From [Chlorobium] sp. 445 (GTDB lineage: Bacteria > Bacteroidota > Chlorobiia > Chlorobiales > Thermochlorobacteraceae): a stretch of 64,000 bases of DNA. Position 1 is the stretch's first letter. Each line of letters opens with the position of its first letter. The notes beneath the pieces are model-generated. The model worked only from the letters and a program-made list of their open reading frames with translations. It did not search any database and was not told the DNA's origin. Positions 43,323 through 54,153 of this stretch are shown piece by piece. The stretch lies in contig NSLH01000008.1 in the NCBI GenBank assembly GCA_002763895.1, forward strand, positions 12,914 to 76,913, given 5' to 3'. Made by a program: the position numbers and the translations under genes.

Positions 43323-44038
43323 CTCACCCAATTTTAGAAGCCCAAGGTATTTTCAAGACTTATTTGCCTAAAGGGCGAGAGCCTATTGCAATTCTAAAAG
43401 GTGTTTCACTCTCCGTAGGCGAAAATGAAATCATCACTATCGTCGGCGCATCAGGCAGCGGCAAGACCACGCTGCTCAACATCTTAGGCACACTCGACTT
43501 TCCCGACAGTGGTGAAATACGCTTTCAAGGCAAGACCATCACCAGCGGCACACGCACTTTGCTTTCAGCTGATGAACTTGCAGCGTTTCGCAACCGCAAC
43601 ATCGGCTTTGTGTTCCAGTTTCATCATTTGCTTGAAGATTTCACCGCACTCGAAAACGTTGCCATGCCGCAATTTATCGCTACCGGCGACCTCAAGCGCG
43701 CAAAAGCACATGCTGAAGATCTCCTTGCCAGTGTAGGTCTTAAAGACCGCTTGCATCACTTGCCGTCAGAACTTTCAGGGGGAGAACAGCAGCGTGTTGC
43801 GGTTGCACGTGCGCTCATCAATCAACCGCCGCTCGTGCTTGCCGATGAACCCTCAGGTAACTTGGACTCACACAACAGTGACAAACTCTATGAGCTTATT
43901 GCACGACTCTCACGTGAGAGTCGCACATCGTTTGTTATCGTCACGCATAATGCTCGCTACGCTTCACTTTCCGACCGATGCTTGCAAATGAAAGACGGTG
44001 TGCTCGATGTCTTTTCCAGCAACGTGACCGTGAGCTAA
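43319..44038 (+). CDS. lolD: lipoprotein-releasing ABC transporter ATP-binding protein LolD-like
   Basis: 239 aa, TTG start. GASGSGKTT, LSGGEQQRVAVARAL, LVLADEPSGNLD. Confidence 0.8.
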   Translation: MTHPILEAQGIFKTYLPKGREPIAILKGVSLSVGENEIITIVGASGSGKTTLLNILGTLDFPDSGEIRFQGKTITSGTRTLLSADELAAFRNRNIGFVFQFHHLLEDFTALENVAMPQFIATGDLKRAKAHAEDLLASVGLKDRLHHLPSELSGGEQQRVAVARALINQPPLVLADEPSGNLDSHNSDKLYELIARLSRESRTSFVIVTHNARYASLSDRCLQMKDGVLDVFSSNVTVS

Positions 44039-44130
44039 CAAAAGTCACTTGATTTTGATTTTGTGCTTCTTGCTTTGTAAGTTCCGAAAAACTTTGATAA
44101 TGAGATCACAATAACTTTATCTACCTGTCT

Positions 44131-45801
44131 ATGCAGCGTCTTCTACTCGCCGTTCTACTTTTCACTTTTTCTTTAACCTATCTGAGTTGCACACCGGAGC
44201 GAACCTTCCCAACTGAAGGCGGTGAGCCCGGCACAGGCACGCTTGGCAGTTTTGATGCCAGCCGATATGTCGCTATTGGCAACAGCATCACTGCAGGATT
44301 TCTTTCTAATTCACTCTATGAGGCTGGTCAAGTCAATAGTTATCCTGCACTCATTGCGCGTCAGGCACATGGCAAGAGTGAAAATGGCATCGGTCAATCT
44401 AAGTTCCAGATGCCGATTATCGCAGAGCCCGGCTTCGGGGCGGCTGTTAGCGTTGGCACGAACACCGTTCTTGCCAGTGGCAGAATTGAACTTGGTGGAT
44501 TTAGTAGCACGGGTACGCCTATCACTTTCACGAACACCTCACCGACTGGCAATGGTCAGCCACCACCCAACAATCCCGCTTTTCGCAATGCGACGCTTGC
44601 TCGCCCGTACAACAATCTTGGCATTCCTGGCATCGTGATGGGTGATGCCACGCTTGCCATCACCAGTGCCAATAGCGTCTCGCGTAGCCCGTTTATTGAT
44701 ATCATGCTGCGCAATCCGCTTTTAGGTAACCGCTCTCCAGTGCAACAAGCAGCAGCGCTGCTTGCCCCGCAGCAAGGCGATAAACTCGTTACATTCTGGC
44801 TCGGCAATAATGATGTGTTAGGATATGCCACTAGTGGCGGTGTCAGTCCTGCTGCACCTACACCCACTGCAACTTTTACCTTGCTCTACAACCGCGCACT
44901 TGATAGTTTGCGCCGTATTCCCAATACGAAAATCATCGTCGCCAACATTCCTGATGTTACAGCGATTCCTTTTACCACCACCTTGGGTCCGCTCCTACGC
45001 ACGCTGCTGACCGTGAATAGAATTCCAGGCATTTTTTATCAACGTGGCGGCACCGTTCCAGCTAATCCTGCAATTGGCGTACCGACCCAACTTGCTACAA
45101 CCGACATTGGCAATCCGACGCGTGCGCTCATTTTGCTTACAGGTTCAGCTGCCATTCAGCAGATTGGCGCTACAAATGGTGTGTTTGCGCGTAGCTATTG
45201 GGTGAATATCTTGGCGACAGCAAACCCAGCCATTCGCACTTTGCCTGCCGCGCAGCAAGACACAATTATTCGCCAGACGCTTAACATTGTCACCACGGCA
45301 CCTTTTGCACTCTCACCGCAAAATCCACTGCCTAACCAGTTTATTTTGGATGATGGCGAAATAGCAGTGGCACGTCAAGCTATTCAAGAATTCAATAATG
45401 CTATTCGCGCGCAGGTCGGTCAAGGTGGTGTTGTCGGTCTTGTAGACATCAACGGCATTTTTAACAACATTGTGCGCAATGGTGGCATTGAAGTCGATGG
45501 AGAATGGCTGAAGACAGATCTAGCAACCGGTGGGCTTTTCTCCATGGATGGTGTTCATCCTTCGCCCAAAGCGCATGGCATTGTCGCTAATGAATTCATC
45601 CGCATCATTAATCGCGAGTTTAATGCTAACATTCCACTTGTGATTGTCAGAGATCTTCCGAATGGGATTGTTCAAGCTGGTCGCTCTACTTCTGCTGCGA
45701 TTGACTTCTCAAACCCTGAAAGTTTGAAGTTCATCGATCCAAAAGTCTATGAAACTGCCGCTAGACACTGTGGGGCATTTCGTGATTATCCTTTGTTCTG
45801 A
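44131..45801 (+). CDS. SGNH/GDSL-family hydrolase lipoprotein
   Basis: 556 aa. Lipobox LTYLSC, block I AIGNSITAGF, block III FWLGNNDV, block V SMDGVHPS. Confidence 0.7.
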   Translation: MQRLLLAVLLFTFSLTYLSCTPERTFPTEGGEPGTGTLGSFDASRYVAIGNSITAGFLSNSLYEAGQVNSYPALIARQAHGKSENGIGQSKFQMPIIAEPGFGAAVSVGTNTVLASGRIELGGFSSTGTPITFTNTSPTGNGQPPPNNPAFRNATLARPYNNLGIPGIVMGDATLAITSANSVSRSPFIDIMLRNPLLGNRSPVQQAAALLAPQQGDKLVTFWLGNNDVLGYATSGGVSPAAPTPTATFTLLYNRALDSLRRIPNTKIIVANIPDVTAIPFTTTLGPLLRTLLTVNRIPGIFYQRGGTVPANPAIGVPTQLATTDIGNPTRALILLTGSAAIQQIGATNGVFARSYWVNILATANPAIRTLPAAQQDTIIRQTLNIVTTAPFALSPQNPLPNQFILDDGEIAVARQAIQEFNNAIRAQVGQGGVVGLVDINGIFNNIVRNGGIEVDGEWLKTDLATGGLFSMDGVHPSPKAHGIVANEFIRIINREFNANIPLVIVRDLPNGIVQAGRSTSAAIDFSNPESLKFIDPKVYETAARHCGAFRDYPLF

Positions 45802-45865
45802 GCAGCTTAGTCTGCAAAGTCTTAACCACATGCATCGTCGTGTCTGACCTTCTATCAACACCAAC

Positions 45866-45892
45866 AGCCGAGTTTTTGCTCGGCTTTTTTTG
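45866..45892 (+). terminator. rho-independent terminator
   Basis: Stem AGCCGAG / CTCGGCT with a 6-nt loop, followed by T7. Confidence 0.8.
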
Positions 45893-46029
45893 TTAGCTCG
45901 TGTAGGCAGAACGCGCAGTAATTAACAACCTCTCAGCATAAAATTTCTAGTTTGATGGATTTGGCATAAATTTGCAGTCTTTTGCAGTTTTTTCATGCAC
46001 TCAACTAGCGTAAAGACATAACCAAACGA

Positions 46030-47997
46030 ATGTCACTTCAAAAGTTACTTACTTCACTTCGCTCGCTTCGGCGTTATGAACATCCGTACTACATTCCTAC
46101 ACTTTGGCACAAAGGCACGCTTGGCGTAGAAGCTGTAGATCCTGCATTGCATTATGCCAGCATTATTGAAAGCATTCTTGCGCAGCCTAAGATGGCGCGT
46201 GTTGGTGAAAACCCTGATGAATGGGCGCGTTATGCTAAAAGCTATGGGGCAGAATCGCCTCGCTTTGAGAGCGGCGAATGGTCGCGCTTTGCAGTGGTCT
46301 ATAATCTCTTCGTGCGTCTGGCAACAGCATTTGACCACAATCAAAATGGGCAACTTGAGCTCGAGACACCTGATGCTTTTCGTGAAACGGGGACATTTCT
46401 TAAAGCCATTGCGCTTCTGCCTTACATCAAACGATTAGGTGCCAACACAGTGCATCTTTTACCTATCACCTCCATTGGCAGCGATGGCAACAAAGGTAAT
46501 TTAGGCTCTCCCTACGCCATCAAGAATCCTTACAAACTCGATGAGCGACTCTCAGAGCCTTTGCTTGGTCTTTCAGTGGAAGATGAATTTCGTGCCTTTG
46601 TGGAAGCGGCGCATCATTTGGGGATACGCGTTGTTGTAGAGTTTGTCTTCCGCACTGCGGCAAAAGATAGCGACTGGATTCCAGAACATCCCGATTGGTT
46701 CTACTGGATTGATGCCCGTGTAGAAGACCGTCCGCCCGGCGCGCTCGATGAAGCGCGTTATGGCAATCCGATTTTCACAGCTGAAGAACTTTCACTGATT
46801 CTTGATAAAGTTGAGCGCGGCGACTTTTACAACCTGCCAGAGCCACACGCTATTTATCGCTCATTTTTTACCGAGCCTCCAGAGACCGTTGAACTGCAAA
46901 ATGGGCGTTACATTGGTCGTACGCGGTCAGGTCAATTGTGCCGCATCCCGGGTGCATTTGCCGATTGGCCACCGCAAGACACGCAACCGCCATGGAATGA
47001 TGTTACGTATCTCAAGCTCTATACGCATCCGCGTTACAATTATATTGCTTACAACACGGTTCGCATGTACGATGCGAATTTAGTGCAGCCTGAATACATC
47101 AATCAGCCGCTTTGGGAAAAAATCATCGGCATTATTCCTTACTATCAAGAAGCATTTGACATCGATGGTGTCATGATTGATATGGGTCATGCTTTGCCGA
47201 GCTTACTCAAACAATCTATGGTTGCTGCCGCGCGCAAGAAAAACCCACAGTTTGCGTTCTGGGATGAAAATTTTGCGGCGACTGCCAAAAGCCGTGCTGA
47301 GGGCTACAACGCCGTGATTGGCTCTATGCCCTTTGTGATGCATAATTTTATGGATCTTGCCAAGATGCTTAGCGAATTTTCGCGCAGTGGAGTTGCCATT
47401 CCAAGTTTTGCTACAGCCGAAAGCCACAATACCCCACGCGCAGCAGCACGTTTCGGCGGCGGTGCCACAGGACGTGCATTTTCAAAGTTCGTTTTCGCAC
47501 TTTCTGCTGTCTTACCTGCCATTCCGTTTATTCACAATGGCGCAGAAATTTGTGAGCATTACCCGATTAACACCGGTTTAGGATTTTCATCTGAGGACCT
47601 ACAGCAATTTCCCTCCCATCGATTACCACTGTTCAGTGCTTTTGCTTTTGATTGGAAAGATGCAAATCATCAAGAACCACTTATAGACTTTCTCTCGCGC
47701 GCTATGGTAGCACGTGAGAAATATCTGGATGTCCTTGCAAATCATTCTCCACAGTCTATGACGTTTTTCAGCAATATCGATTCTGAAATGATTGTTCTTA
47801 CACGACAAGTGGGCAATAAAAAACTGCTCTACATCGGGAATGCTAATGTGCAAGGTCGTGAGAGAATTAAGATTCCGCTTGCGACCTCAAAACCCGTGCT
47901 AGAAGATTTGTTCTCAGGCAAAGTGTTCAGTCTTTCATCAAACTTTCTGAGCGTAGAGCTTGATGCTGGTGAGAGCGCTCTCTTTGAAATTTCATAA
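46030..47997 (+). CDS. alpha-amylase-family (GH13-like) glycoside hydrolase
   Basis: 655 aa. TVHLLPI (region I-like), [11 protein letters not shown] (region II), FWDENF (region III Glu), AESHNTPR (region IV-like). Confidence 0.65.
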   Translation: MSLQKLLTSLRSLRRYEHPYYIPTLWHKGTLGVEAVDPALHYASIIESILAQPKMARVGENPDEWARYAKSYGAESPRFESGEWSRFAVVYNLFVRLATAFDHNQNGQLELETPDAFRETGTFLKAIALLPYIKRLGANTVHLLPITSIGSDGNKGNLGSPYAIKNPYKLDERLSEPLLGLSVEDEFRAFVEAAHHLGIRVVVEFVFRTAAKDSDWIPEHPDWFYWIDARVEDRPPGALDEARYGNPIFTAEELSLILDKVERGDFYNLPEPHAIYRSFFTEPPETVELQNGRYIGRTRSGQLCRIPGAFADWPPQDTQPPWNDVTYLKLYTHPRYNYIAYNTVRMYDANLVQPEYINQPLWEKIIGIIPYYQEAFDIDGVMIDMGHALPSLLKQSMVAAARKKNPQFAFWDENFAATAKSRAEGYNAVIGSMPFVMHNFMDLAKMLSEFSRSGVAIPSFATAESHNTPRAAARFGGGATGRAFSKFVFALSAVLPAIPFIHNGAEICEHYPINTGLGFSSEDLQQFPSHRLPLFSAFAFDWKDANHQEPLIDFLSRAMVAREKYLDVLANHSPQSMTFFSNIDSEMIVLTRQVGNKKLLYIGNANVQGRERIKIPLATSKPVLEDLFSGKVFSLSSNFLSVELDAGESALFEIS

Positions 47998-48024
47998 CTT
48001 TCATTTCAACCAAATTATCCTGTT

Positions 48025-48936
48025 ATGTCTTTACTTGTAGTTGGTTCGCTTGCCTTCGACGACCTTGAGACGCCTTTTGGAACTTCGCCCAATACACTTG
48101 GCGGCTCGGCTACATATATTTCAGTAGCGGCTAGTTTCTTTACGGATACGATTCATCTTGTCGGTGTGGTTGGCGAAGATTTTGGTGAAGAGAATCTTAA
48201 TCTCTTCCGTGAGCGCAATATCGACTTGGGCGGCGTGAAAATTGTGCCCAACGGCAAAACTTTCCGCTGGGCGGGTCGCTACCACTACGACATGAACACG
48301 CGCGACACACTTGAGACGCAGCTCAATGTCCTTGCTGATTTCGATGCTGTCATTCCACACCAATATCAGCAAGCTAAATATGTGTGCTTAGGCAACATTG
48401 ACCCTGTGTTGCAAAAGAAAGTCTTGGAGCAAGTCTCTCGCCCCAAACTCGTCATTTGCGACACTATGAATTTCTGGATTGAAGGCAAACCCAAAGAGTT
48501 GCGTGAGACTCTGCAACTTGTTGATGTCTTTATCATTAACGACAGTGAAGCACGCCTACTTGCCAAAGAACCCAACCTAATTAAGTGCGCACGCATTATC
48601 CGCGACATGGGTCCCAAAATACTCATCATCAAAAAAGGTGAGCACGGTGCCTTGCTTTTTACAGACAACGGCATTTTTTCTGCACCTGCCTATCCACTCG
48701 AGTTCATTTATGACCCGACGGGCGCTGGAGATACCTTTGCAGGCGGCTTCATTGGCTATCTTGCTAAGACAGGCGATATCAGCGAGCAATCGCTGCGTAA
48801 AGCTGTACTTTATGGCAGCACCATGGCAAGTTTTTGTGTTGAGCGGTTCGGGGCAGCACGTCTCTTCGAACTTAGTCCACTTGAAATCTCTGACCGCTAT
48901 CAAAGTTTCTTGGATCTCTCACGCATTGAGGAGTAG
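48025..48936 (+). CDS. PfkB-family carbohydrate kinase
   Basis: 303 aa. N-terminal GSLAFDD...LGGSATY and C-terminal DPTGAGDTFAGGF. Confidence 0.8.
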   Translation: MSLLVVGSLAFDDLETPFGTSPNTLGGSATYISVAASFFTDTIHLVGVVGEDFGEENLNLFRERNIDLGGVKIVPNGKTFRWAGRYHYDMNTRDTLETQLNVLADFDAVIPHQYQQAKYVCLGNIDPVLQKKVLEQVSRPKLVICDTMNFWIEGKPKELRETLQLVDVFIINDSEARLLAKEPNLIKCARIIRDMGPKILIIKKGEHGALLFTDNGIFSAPAYPLEFIYDPTGAGDTFAGGFIGYLAKTGDISEQSLRKAVLYGSTMASFCVERFGAARLFELSPLEISDRYQSFLDLSRIEE

Positions 48937-49088
48937 TACTGACCAAGTAATGAAGCCGACTTATGCTTTGCATGAGCGTGTCACAGCCGAAGGCGCTCAT
49001 ATGCACCGGCATTTCATTTACTACTGTAGAGCGTTGAATGAACTATCAAGTGCGGTTGATAAATTTTGGCAACATAGCTAACGCATCC

Positions 49089-49484
49089 ATGACCATCAAA
49101 GCAGGGGATATTTTCTCTTTTACGGCGCGCGATGGCTCCTTTGGCATGGTTAAAATACTGCGCGTTGACACGCTCGATGACTTACCCACACCTGAGCCGA
49201 TTGTGCATTTACTTGTCTATTCGCTGCGCAATATTTTTCCGCCGAATGCGGCCTACCTTGCTCATGCTACACCTTTTATTGCACATTTGCCGCTGATGCA
49301 ATCGGGGGTCGCACAGTCAGGCTGCATGTTTATTGGCTATCAAGAGGTCAGCGAAACTGAACTTGAAGCCTACTGGATCTGGCGTGAGGCTTTTTTTGCT
49401 GGTGAAGCTGGCGTCTTTGACCTGACGATTGATGACGCTATTGCAGCTATTCTTGAAGCCTTAGGCAAGCGACCTGCATCGTAA
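49089..49484 (+). CDS. hypothetical protein
   Basis: The track ORF 49038-49484 has an in-frame ATG at 49089 (MTIKAGDIFSF...). Compact and coding-like in composition. No family recognised. Confidence 0.45.
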   Translation: MTIKAGDIFSFTARDGSFGMVKILRVDTLDDLPTPEPIVHLLVYSLRNIFPPNAAYLAHATPFIAHLPLMQSGVAQSGCMFIGYQEVSETELEAYWIWREAFFAGEAGVFDLTIDDAIAAILEALGKRPAS

Positions 49485-49496
49485 TTTGTTGCCGTT

Positions 49497-49976
49497 ATGG
49501 AAGTTGTCTATTGGGTGTTGTGTCTTGTGCTGGTGCTGTTAGGTTTTGCTGGCATTGTGCTGCCGGGTGTGCCCAGCGCACCGCTGGTGTTTTTAGGACT
49601 TTTAGGCGCCGCATGGATTGATGACTTCGAGCGCGTCGGGTGGCTTCCGCTGTTGCTGATTGGCATACTTGGCATGCTGACCTTTGTCGCTGATTTTCTT
49701 TCAACCGCACTTGGCGCAAAGCGCGTTGGGGCGAGCACATGGGCTATTGTTGGCGCTACAGTGGGCACTATGGTTGGGCTCTTGTTCGGCTTCATTGGCA
49801 TTCTGCTTGCCCCTTTCATCGGGGCGGTGCTTGGAGAGTATCTTGCAAAACGAGACATGCTGCAATCAGCAAAGGCTGGCTTAGGGACTTGGGTCGGAAT
49901 GGTTATAGGTGCATCTGCAAAAATTGCTCTGCTTTTCATGATGGTTGGTATTTTTGCTGTAGCTTACTTTTTCTGA
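49497..49976 (+). CDS. DUF456-family membrane protein
   Basis: 159 aa with four TM helices. LPGVPSAPLVFLGLL...LGAKRVGAS...GAVLGEY is typical of DUF456. Confidence 0.7.
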   Translation: MEVVYWVLCLVLVLLGFAGIVLPGVPSAPLVFLGLLGAAWIDDFERVGWLPLLLIGILGMLTFVADFLSTALGAKRVGASTWAIVGATVGTMVGLLFGFIGILLAPFIGAVLGEYLAKRDMLQSAKAGLGTWVGMVIGASAKIALLFMMVGIFAVAYFF

Positions 49977-50034
49977 TGCTAACGCACCGTGTGTAGCACG
50001 CAAGGCTCTGCAAGCTATATGCTCATCCGTTCTT

Positions 50035-50817
50035 ATGCCCAAAGCGCTGTATATCGGTACATCTACCTGGTTGCAAAAAGACTGGGTTGGCAATTTCTAC
50101 CCGCCACATACCAAACCGCAAGATTTTCTTGCTGAGTATGCCCAGCGTTTTCCCACTGTAGAAATTGACTCGACTTTTTATGCCATTCCTCGAAAGAGCG
50201 TTGTAGAATCGTGGTACAATAAAACTCCGTCGCATTTTCTTTTTAGTGCAAAATTCCCGCAGCTTATCACACATGAGAAGAAATTGGTCAATGCGCTCGA
50301 TGATGTAAAACTTTTTCTGGATACCATGTCGCTGCTCAAAGAAAAGTTAGGGTGTTTGGTCTTGCAGTTTCCGCCCGACTATGCTGCAACACCAGAGAGT
50401 GTAGAGCATATGAAGCACTTTTTAGCTGCACTGCCAACCAAACTTTTTCGCATCGCTTTGGAGGTGCGCCATACGTCATGGCTCAAAGAAGGATTTTTTG
50501 CACGACTTCATCAACATCACGTTGCACTTGTGCTCACCGACCAACCTGCCATGAAAGGCGTTGGTGTTCAGACGGCATCGTTTATATATGTGCGCTGGTT
50601 GGGCAATCGCAAATTGCTCTCAGAACCTTTCACGCATCTGGTTTTTGACAAAACTGCAGATATGACGGCTTGGGCTAAATTTATTCATAGCCTTGACTTT
50701 GAAATCGGGTTCGGCTATTTCAACAATCACTACGCAGGGCATTCGCCAAGTTCTGTGCAAGCCTTTAATGCCATCTATGCCTCGCTCTCAACACAAGCTA
50801 CTGGGCGCAACACCTAA
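50035..50817 (+). CDS. DUF72-family protein
   Basis: 260 aa. YIGTSTWLQKDWVGNFYP...FPTVEIDSTFYAIP...LVLQFPP is characteristic of DUF72. Confidence 0.8.
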   Translation: MPKALYIGTSTWLQKDWVGNFYPPHTKPQDFLAEYAQRFPTVEIDSTFYAIPRKSVVESWYNKTPSHFLFSAKFPQLITHEKKLVNALDDVKLFLDTMSLLKEKLGCLVLQFPPDYAATPESVEHMKHFLAALPTKLFRIALEVRHTSWLKEGFFARLHQHHVALVLTDQPAMKGVGVQTASFIYVRWLGNRKLLSEPFTHLVFDKTADMTAWAKFIHSLDFEIGFGYFNNHYAGHSPSSVQAFNAIYASLSTQATGRNT

Positions 50818-50935
50818 GTGCACTGACTTTACTATTGACCTTCCGCTCTCGATTCAAAAATTTGTATGCACAAGAAGATAGCGTAACTTTGCAAAAACCA
50901 TTATGCAACTGATAGATTCACTCTCGTTTTAAGTT

Positions 50936-52501
50936 ATGACATTTGGCTCGCCGTTAGCTGAAGATGTGCCACCGTTTCTTATTGCACTGGGGCTCATCAT
51001 CGGTCTTATCATCATTTGTGAACTCCTCAAAAAATTTCTCGGTGTAAGCACACGCGTTACGCGCAAAATTGTACATATCGGCACTGGCGTTTTCGTTTTC
51101 TTTGCGCCGTACTTTTTCAAGTCTAATTTTTATCCTGCACTGATTCCCTTGCTTTTCATTCCCTTCAACTTGCTTGCCGTGCGCTTTGGCTGGCTACAAT
51201 CGCTACACGGTACCGATGCACGTGCTCATCACTCTGCCGACAGCACCATAAACTACGGCACGGTGTATTTTCCAATCTCTTTCCTTTTGCTCACGCTGCT
51301 TTGCTGGGGCGATTATGTTTGGATTATGCAAACCGCTATGCTGGTGCTTGGTCTTGGCGATTCTGCTGCCGCAATTGTCGGAGAGAACGTCAAAAACCCG
51401 CACCAATACAAGTTCTCGACAGTAAAATCGCTTGAAGGCTCACTGACCATGTTCATCGTGAGCTTCACGACGATTTACCTCTGCTTGCTTTACTTCATGC
51501 CGAATGTGCCAAAATTGCAAGTGCTCGATGCCGCTATGGTCTTGGGCTTTTCGCTCTCACTAGCACTTATTGCCACAGCAGTTGAAGCCTTGCTCTCTGG
51601 CGGCGCCGATAACCTTTTCGTGCCGCTGGCAGTTGCCTATCCCTTGGGCATCATGGAAATTCAGGGCATTGAGACGGTGCAGAATGTCATTCTGGGTGTT
51701 GCTATTTCGGGCGTAGTGGCACGCGCCTCACTTAGCTTGAAATTTCTTAGCGCAAGCGGCGCCACAGCCACGTTTCTTTTGGCTTCCAACATCTTCAGCA
51801 TGGGCGGCATTGTATGGACAGTGCCAATTATGACCTTCTTTGTGCTCTCCTCAATTCTCTCAAAACTGGGAAAAGCCCAGAAAAAGAAATATGACCTGGT
51901 CTTTGAAAAAAGCTCGCAGCGCGATATGGGTCAAGTGTTCGCTAATGGCGGCATCGGCTGGATATTGATGATTTGGTATTCTTTTGTTACCGACAGCGGG
52001 TTGCGTGACCTTATTTACATTGGCTACTTAGGGACAATCGCTGCTGTACAAGCTGATACTTGGGCAACAGAAATCGGCACAATTGTGCGCAATCCCAAGC
52101 CGGTTTCTATTGTCAACTTCAAGCCTGTCCCTGCTGGCACATCAGGCGGCATTACATGGATTGGCACACTGGGCGCTTTGCTTGGTGCATTAGTTATTTG
52201 TGCCAGTGCATGGCTCTCGAATTGGGATAAAATGCATGAACTTGGCGTACTTTCTTCCTTTGCACTCATTGGTGGCGCCGGGCTTTTTTCAAGCCTTGTA
52301 GATAGTTTTCTTGGTGCTACACTGCAAGCCCAATACTACGACCCGATTCGCCAGAAAATCACAGAACGCACGCATAGCATGAAAGACGATGGTACGCTAA
52401 TCGAAAACGAGCTGCAAAAAGGCTATCGCTGGATGGATAACGATCTTGTCAATTTCATCTGTGGTATCACAGGCGCTGGTATTGCGATTCTCTTGCGGTG
52501 A
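50936..52501 (+). CDS. fusion of a phytol/dolichol-kinase-like domain (VTE5-like, CTP-dependent) with a DUF92/TMEM19 domain (VTE6-like)
   Basis: 521 aa, polytopic. The N-terminal half has RKIVHIGTGV...GLGDSAAAIVGE...KSLEGSLTMF (phytol kinase/CdsA-like). The C-terminal half has SSILSKLGK...RDMGQVFANGG...AAVQADTWATEIG...GTSGGITWIGTLGALLGA (DUF92). Confidence 0.75.
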   Translation: MTFGSPLAEDVPPFLIALGLIIGLIIICELLKKFLGVSTRVTRKIVHIGTGVFVFFAPYFFKSNFYPALIPLLFIPFNLLAVRFGWLQSLHGTDARAHHSADSTINYGTVYFPISFLLLTLLCWGDYVWIMQTAMLVLGLGDSAAAIVGENVKNPHQYKFSTVKSLEGSLTMFIVSFTTIYLCLLYFMPNVPKLQVLDAAMVLGFSLSLALIATAVEALLSGGADNLFVPLAVAYPLGIMEIQGIETVQNVILGVAISGVVARASLSLKFLSASGATATFLLASNIFSMGGIVWTVPIMTFFVLSSILSKLGKAQKKKYDLVFEKSSQRDMGQVFANGGIGWILMIWYSFVTDSGLRDLIYIGYLGTIAAVQADTWATEIGTIVRNPKPVSIVNFKPVPAGTSGGITWIGTLGALLGALVICASAWLSNWDKMHELGVLSSFALIGGAGLFSSLVDSFLGATLQAQYYDPIRQKITERTHSMKDDGTLIENELQKGYRWMDNDLVNFICGITGAGIAILLR

Positions 52502-52558
52502 GCGTTCTCAAATGTGCATGTACAGCACACAACCCTGAATCTCAACTAAAAAAACCGA

Positions 52559-53424
52559 ATGCTTGACTTTGCCGCAATTTTTTGCTTCAAGTGTTGCGAA
52601 TTGCCATGCCCTATCTTTTGGCGGCAGTTGGCGCAACGTATTCCGAGCGGAGCGGGGTCATTAACCTTGCTTTGGAAGGCTTGATGATATTTGGGGCGTT
52701 CGGCGCCGTGATTGGACAGTATTTCACGGGCTCTGCATGGCTGGGCATGATGCTGGCAACGGCATTAGGACTTTTTGTTGCTGCATTGCATGCCTACATC
52801 ACAGTATCGCTTAAAGCAAACCAAATTGTCAGTGGGGTCGCGCTTAACATCTTGGCAGTCGGTGCTACTAAATTTTTTCTTAGACCGATTTTTGGCAGCG
52901 CCTCGAATTCTGAACGCATTGCCGGCTTTGATGTCCCAAATGTGTTACTCAATCCCATTTTTCTTTTTGCTTTTGTGCTTGTGCCGCTCTCACACTTTAT
53001 TTTTTACCACACGCCGTTTGGCTTGCGTTTGCGTGCCGTCGGTGAAAGTGCCGCCACAGCAGATTCGCTGGGAATCAATGTCAGTGCCATGCGCTATACA
53101 GGTGTCTTGATTTCAGGCGCGCTTGCAGCACTTGCAGGGGCATTTCTTGCCTTCGAGCAACACAGTTTCACGGACGGCATGACGGCGGGAAGAGGCTACA
53201 TCGCACTTGCTGCCATGATTATCGGGCGATGGACACCAATCGGCGCAGCAGTAGCCAGTCTTTTCTTTGCTTTCACTGAAGCGGCACAACTCAACTTGCA
53301 AAGCGCCGCCATACCAACGCAATTAGTCCAAGCATTGCCTTATGTCATTACGCTTGCTGTGCTCGTGGGCTTTATCGGTAAATCCACACCGCCGAAAGAC
53401 CTCGGCAAGCCTTATCAAAAATAA
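52559..53424 (+). pseudogene. ABC transporter permease (BMP/ribose-type inner-membrane component), probable 5' frameshift
   Basis: The track ORF 52582-53424 (TTG) has AAVGATYSERSGVINLALEG. An ATG at 52559 reads MLDFAAIF, and adding one base to the T6 run at 52578-52583 gives MLDFAAIFLLQVLRIAMPYLLAAVG... Confidence 0.7.
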
Positions 53425-53429
53425 CAGCA

Positions 53430-54074
53430 ATGACAACTGCGTTTGAACAAGAGCTTTGGTTAAAGTATCACTTTGTCGCTGGCGTGGATGAAGTGGGGCG
53501 TGGACCGCTTGCTGGTCCTGTTGTCGCTGCCGCAGTGATGTTTGAGCATGGATATACTCCCACACGTGCACTTCAAAGCGTGAGCGATTCTAAGAAACTT
53601 GCACCATCTGTACGCCTTGAACTTGCCACTGCTATTCGCGCTGAAGCACTCGCCGTTGGGATTGGTGTCGTAGATGTCGAAACCATCGACAAACTCAACA
53701 TTCTCAATGCGACATTTTTAGCCATGACACATGCCATAGAGCAACTTTCTCCTCGTCCAGATTTTTTGCTCATTGATGGCAACCGATTTAAGTCTACGCT
53801 TGCAATTCCTTTTCAGACCATCGTGAAAGGCGATTCAAAAATTTTTTCAATCGCTGCCGCCTCTATCCTTGCTAAAGTTCACCGGGATAGTTTGATGATT
53901 GCGTTGGACGCACAATTTCCCAAATACCATTTTGCACAGCACTTTGGCTACCCCACACCCGACCATCTTGATGCGATTCGCAAATACGGACGATGCGCTA
54001 TTCACCGCAGAAGTTTCAAACTTGCTGCCCTGGGAGAAAAGACAGCCGCACAGCGCAACAGCAAAACCCCATGA
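53430..54074 (+). CDS. rnhB: ribonuclease HII
   Basis: 214 aa. AGVDEVGRGPLAGPVV, DSKKL, LLIDGN, AASILAKV. Confidence 0.9.
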   Translation: MTTAFEQELWLKYHFVAGVDEVGRGPLAGPVVAAAVMFEHGYTPTRALQSVSDSKKLAPSVRLELATAIRAEALAVGIGVVDVETIDKLNILNATFLAMTHAIEQLSPRPDFLLIDGNRFKSTLAIPFQTIVKGDSKIFSIAAASILAKVHRDSLMIALDAQFPKYHFAQHFGYPTPDHLDAIRKYGRCAIHRRSFKLAALGEKTAAQRNSKTP

Positions 54075-54153
54075 TGCAATAGGAATCTCTGGCTGATGTT
54101 TTGCGTTTCTTTCGCAAAAGCACTAATCGATACCGAATTAACCGAATTAGTCA

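Noticed and set aside
48957-49081. 42-codon ORF (MKPTYALHERVTAEGAHMHRHF...) between the PfkB kinase gene and the hypothetical gene
   Set aside because: It is too short, has no supporting signal, and is the tail of a longer out-of-frame shadow ORF. I cannot support it as a gene.
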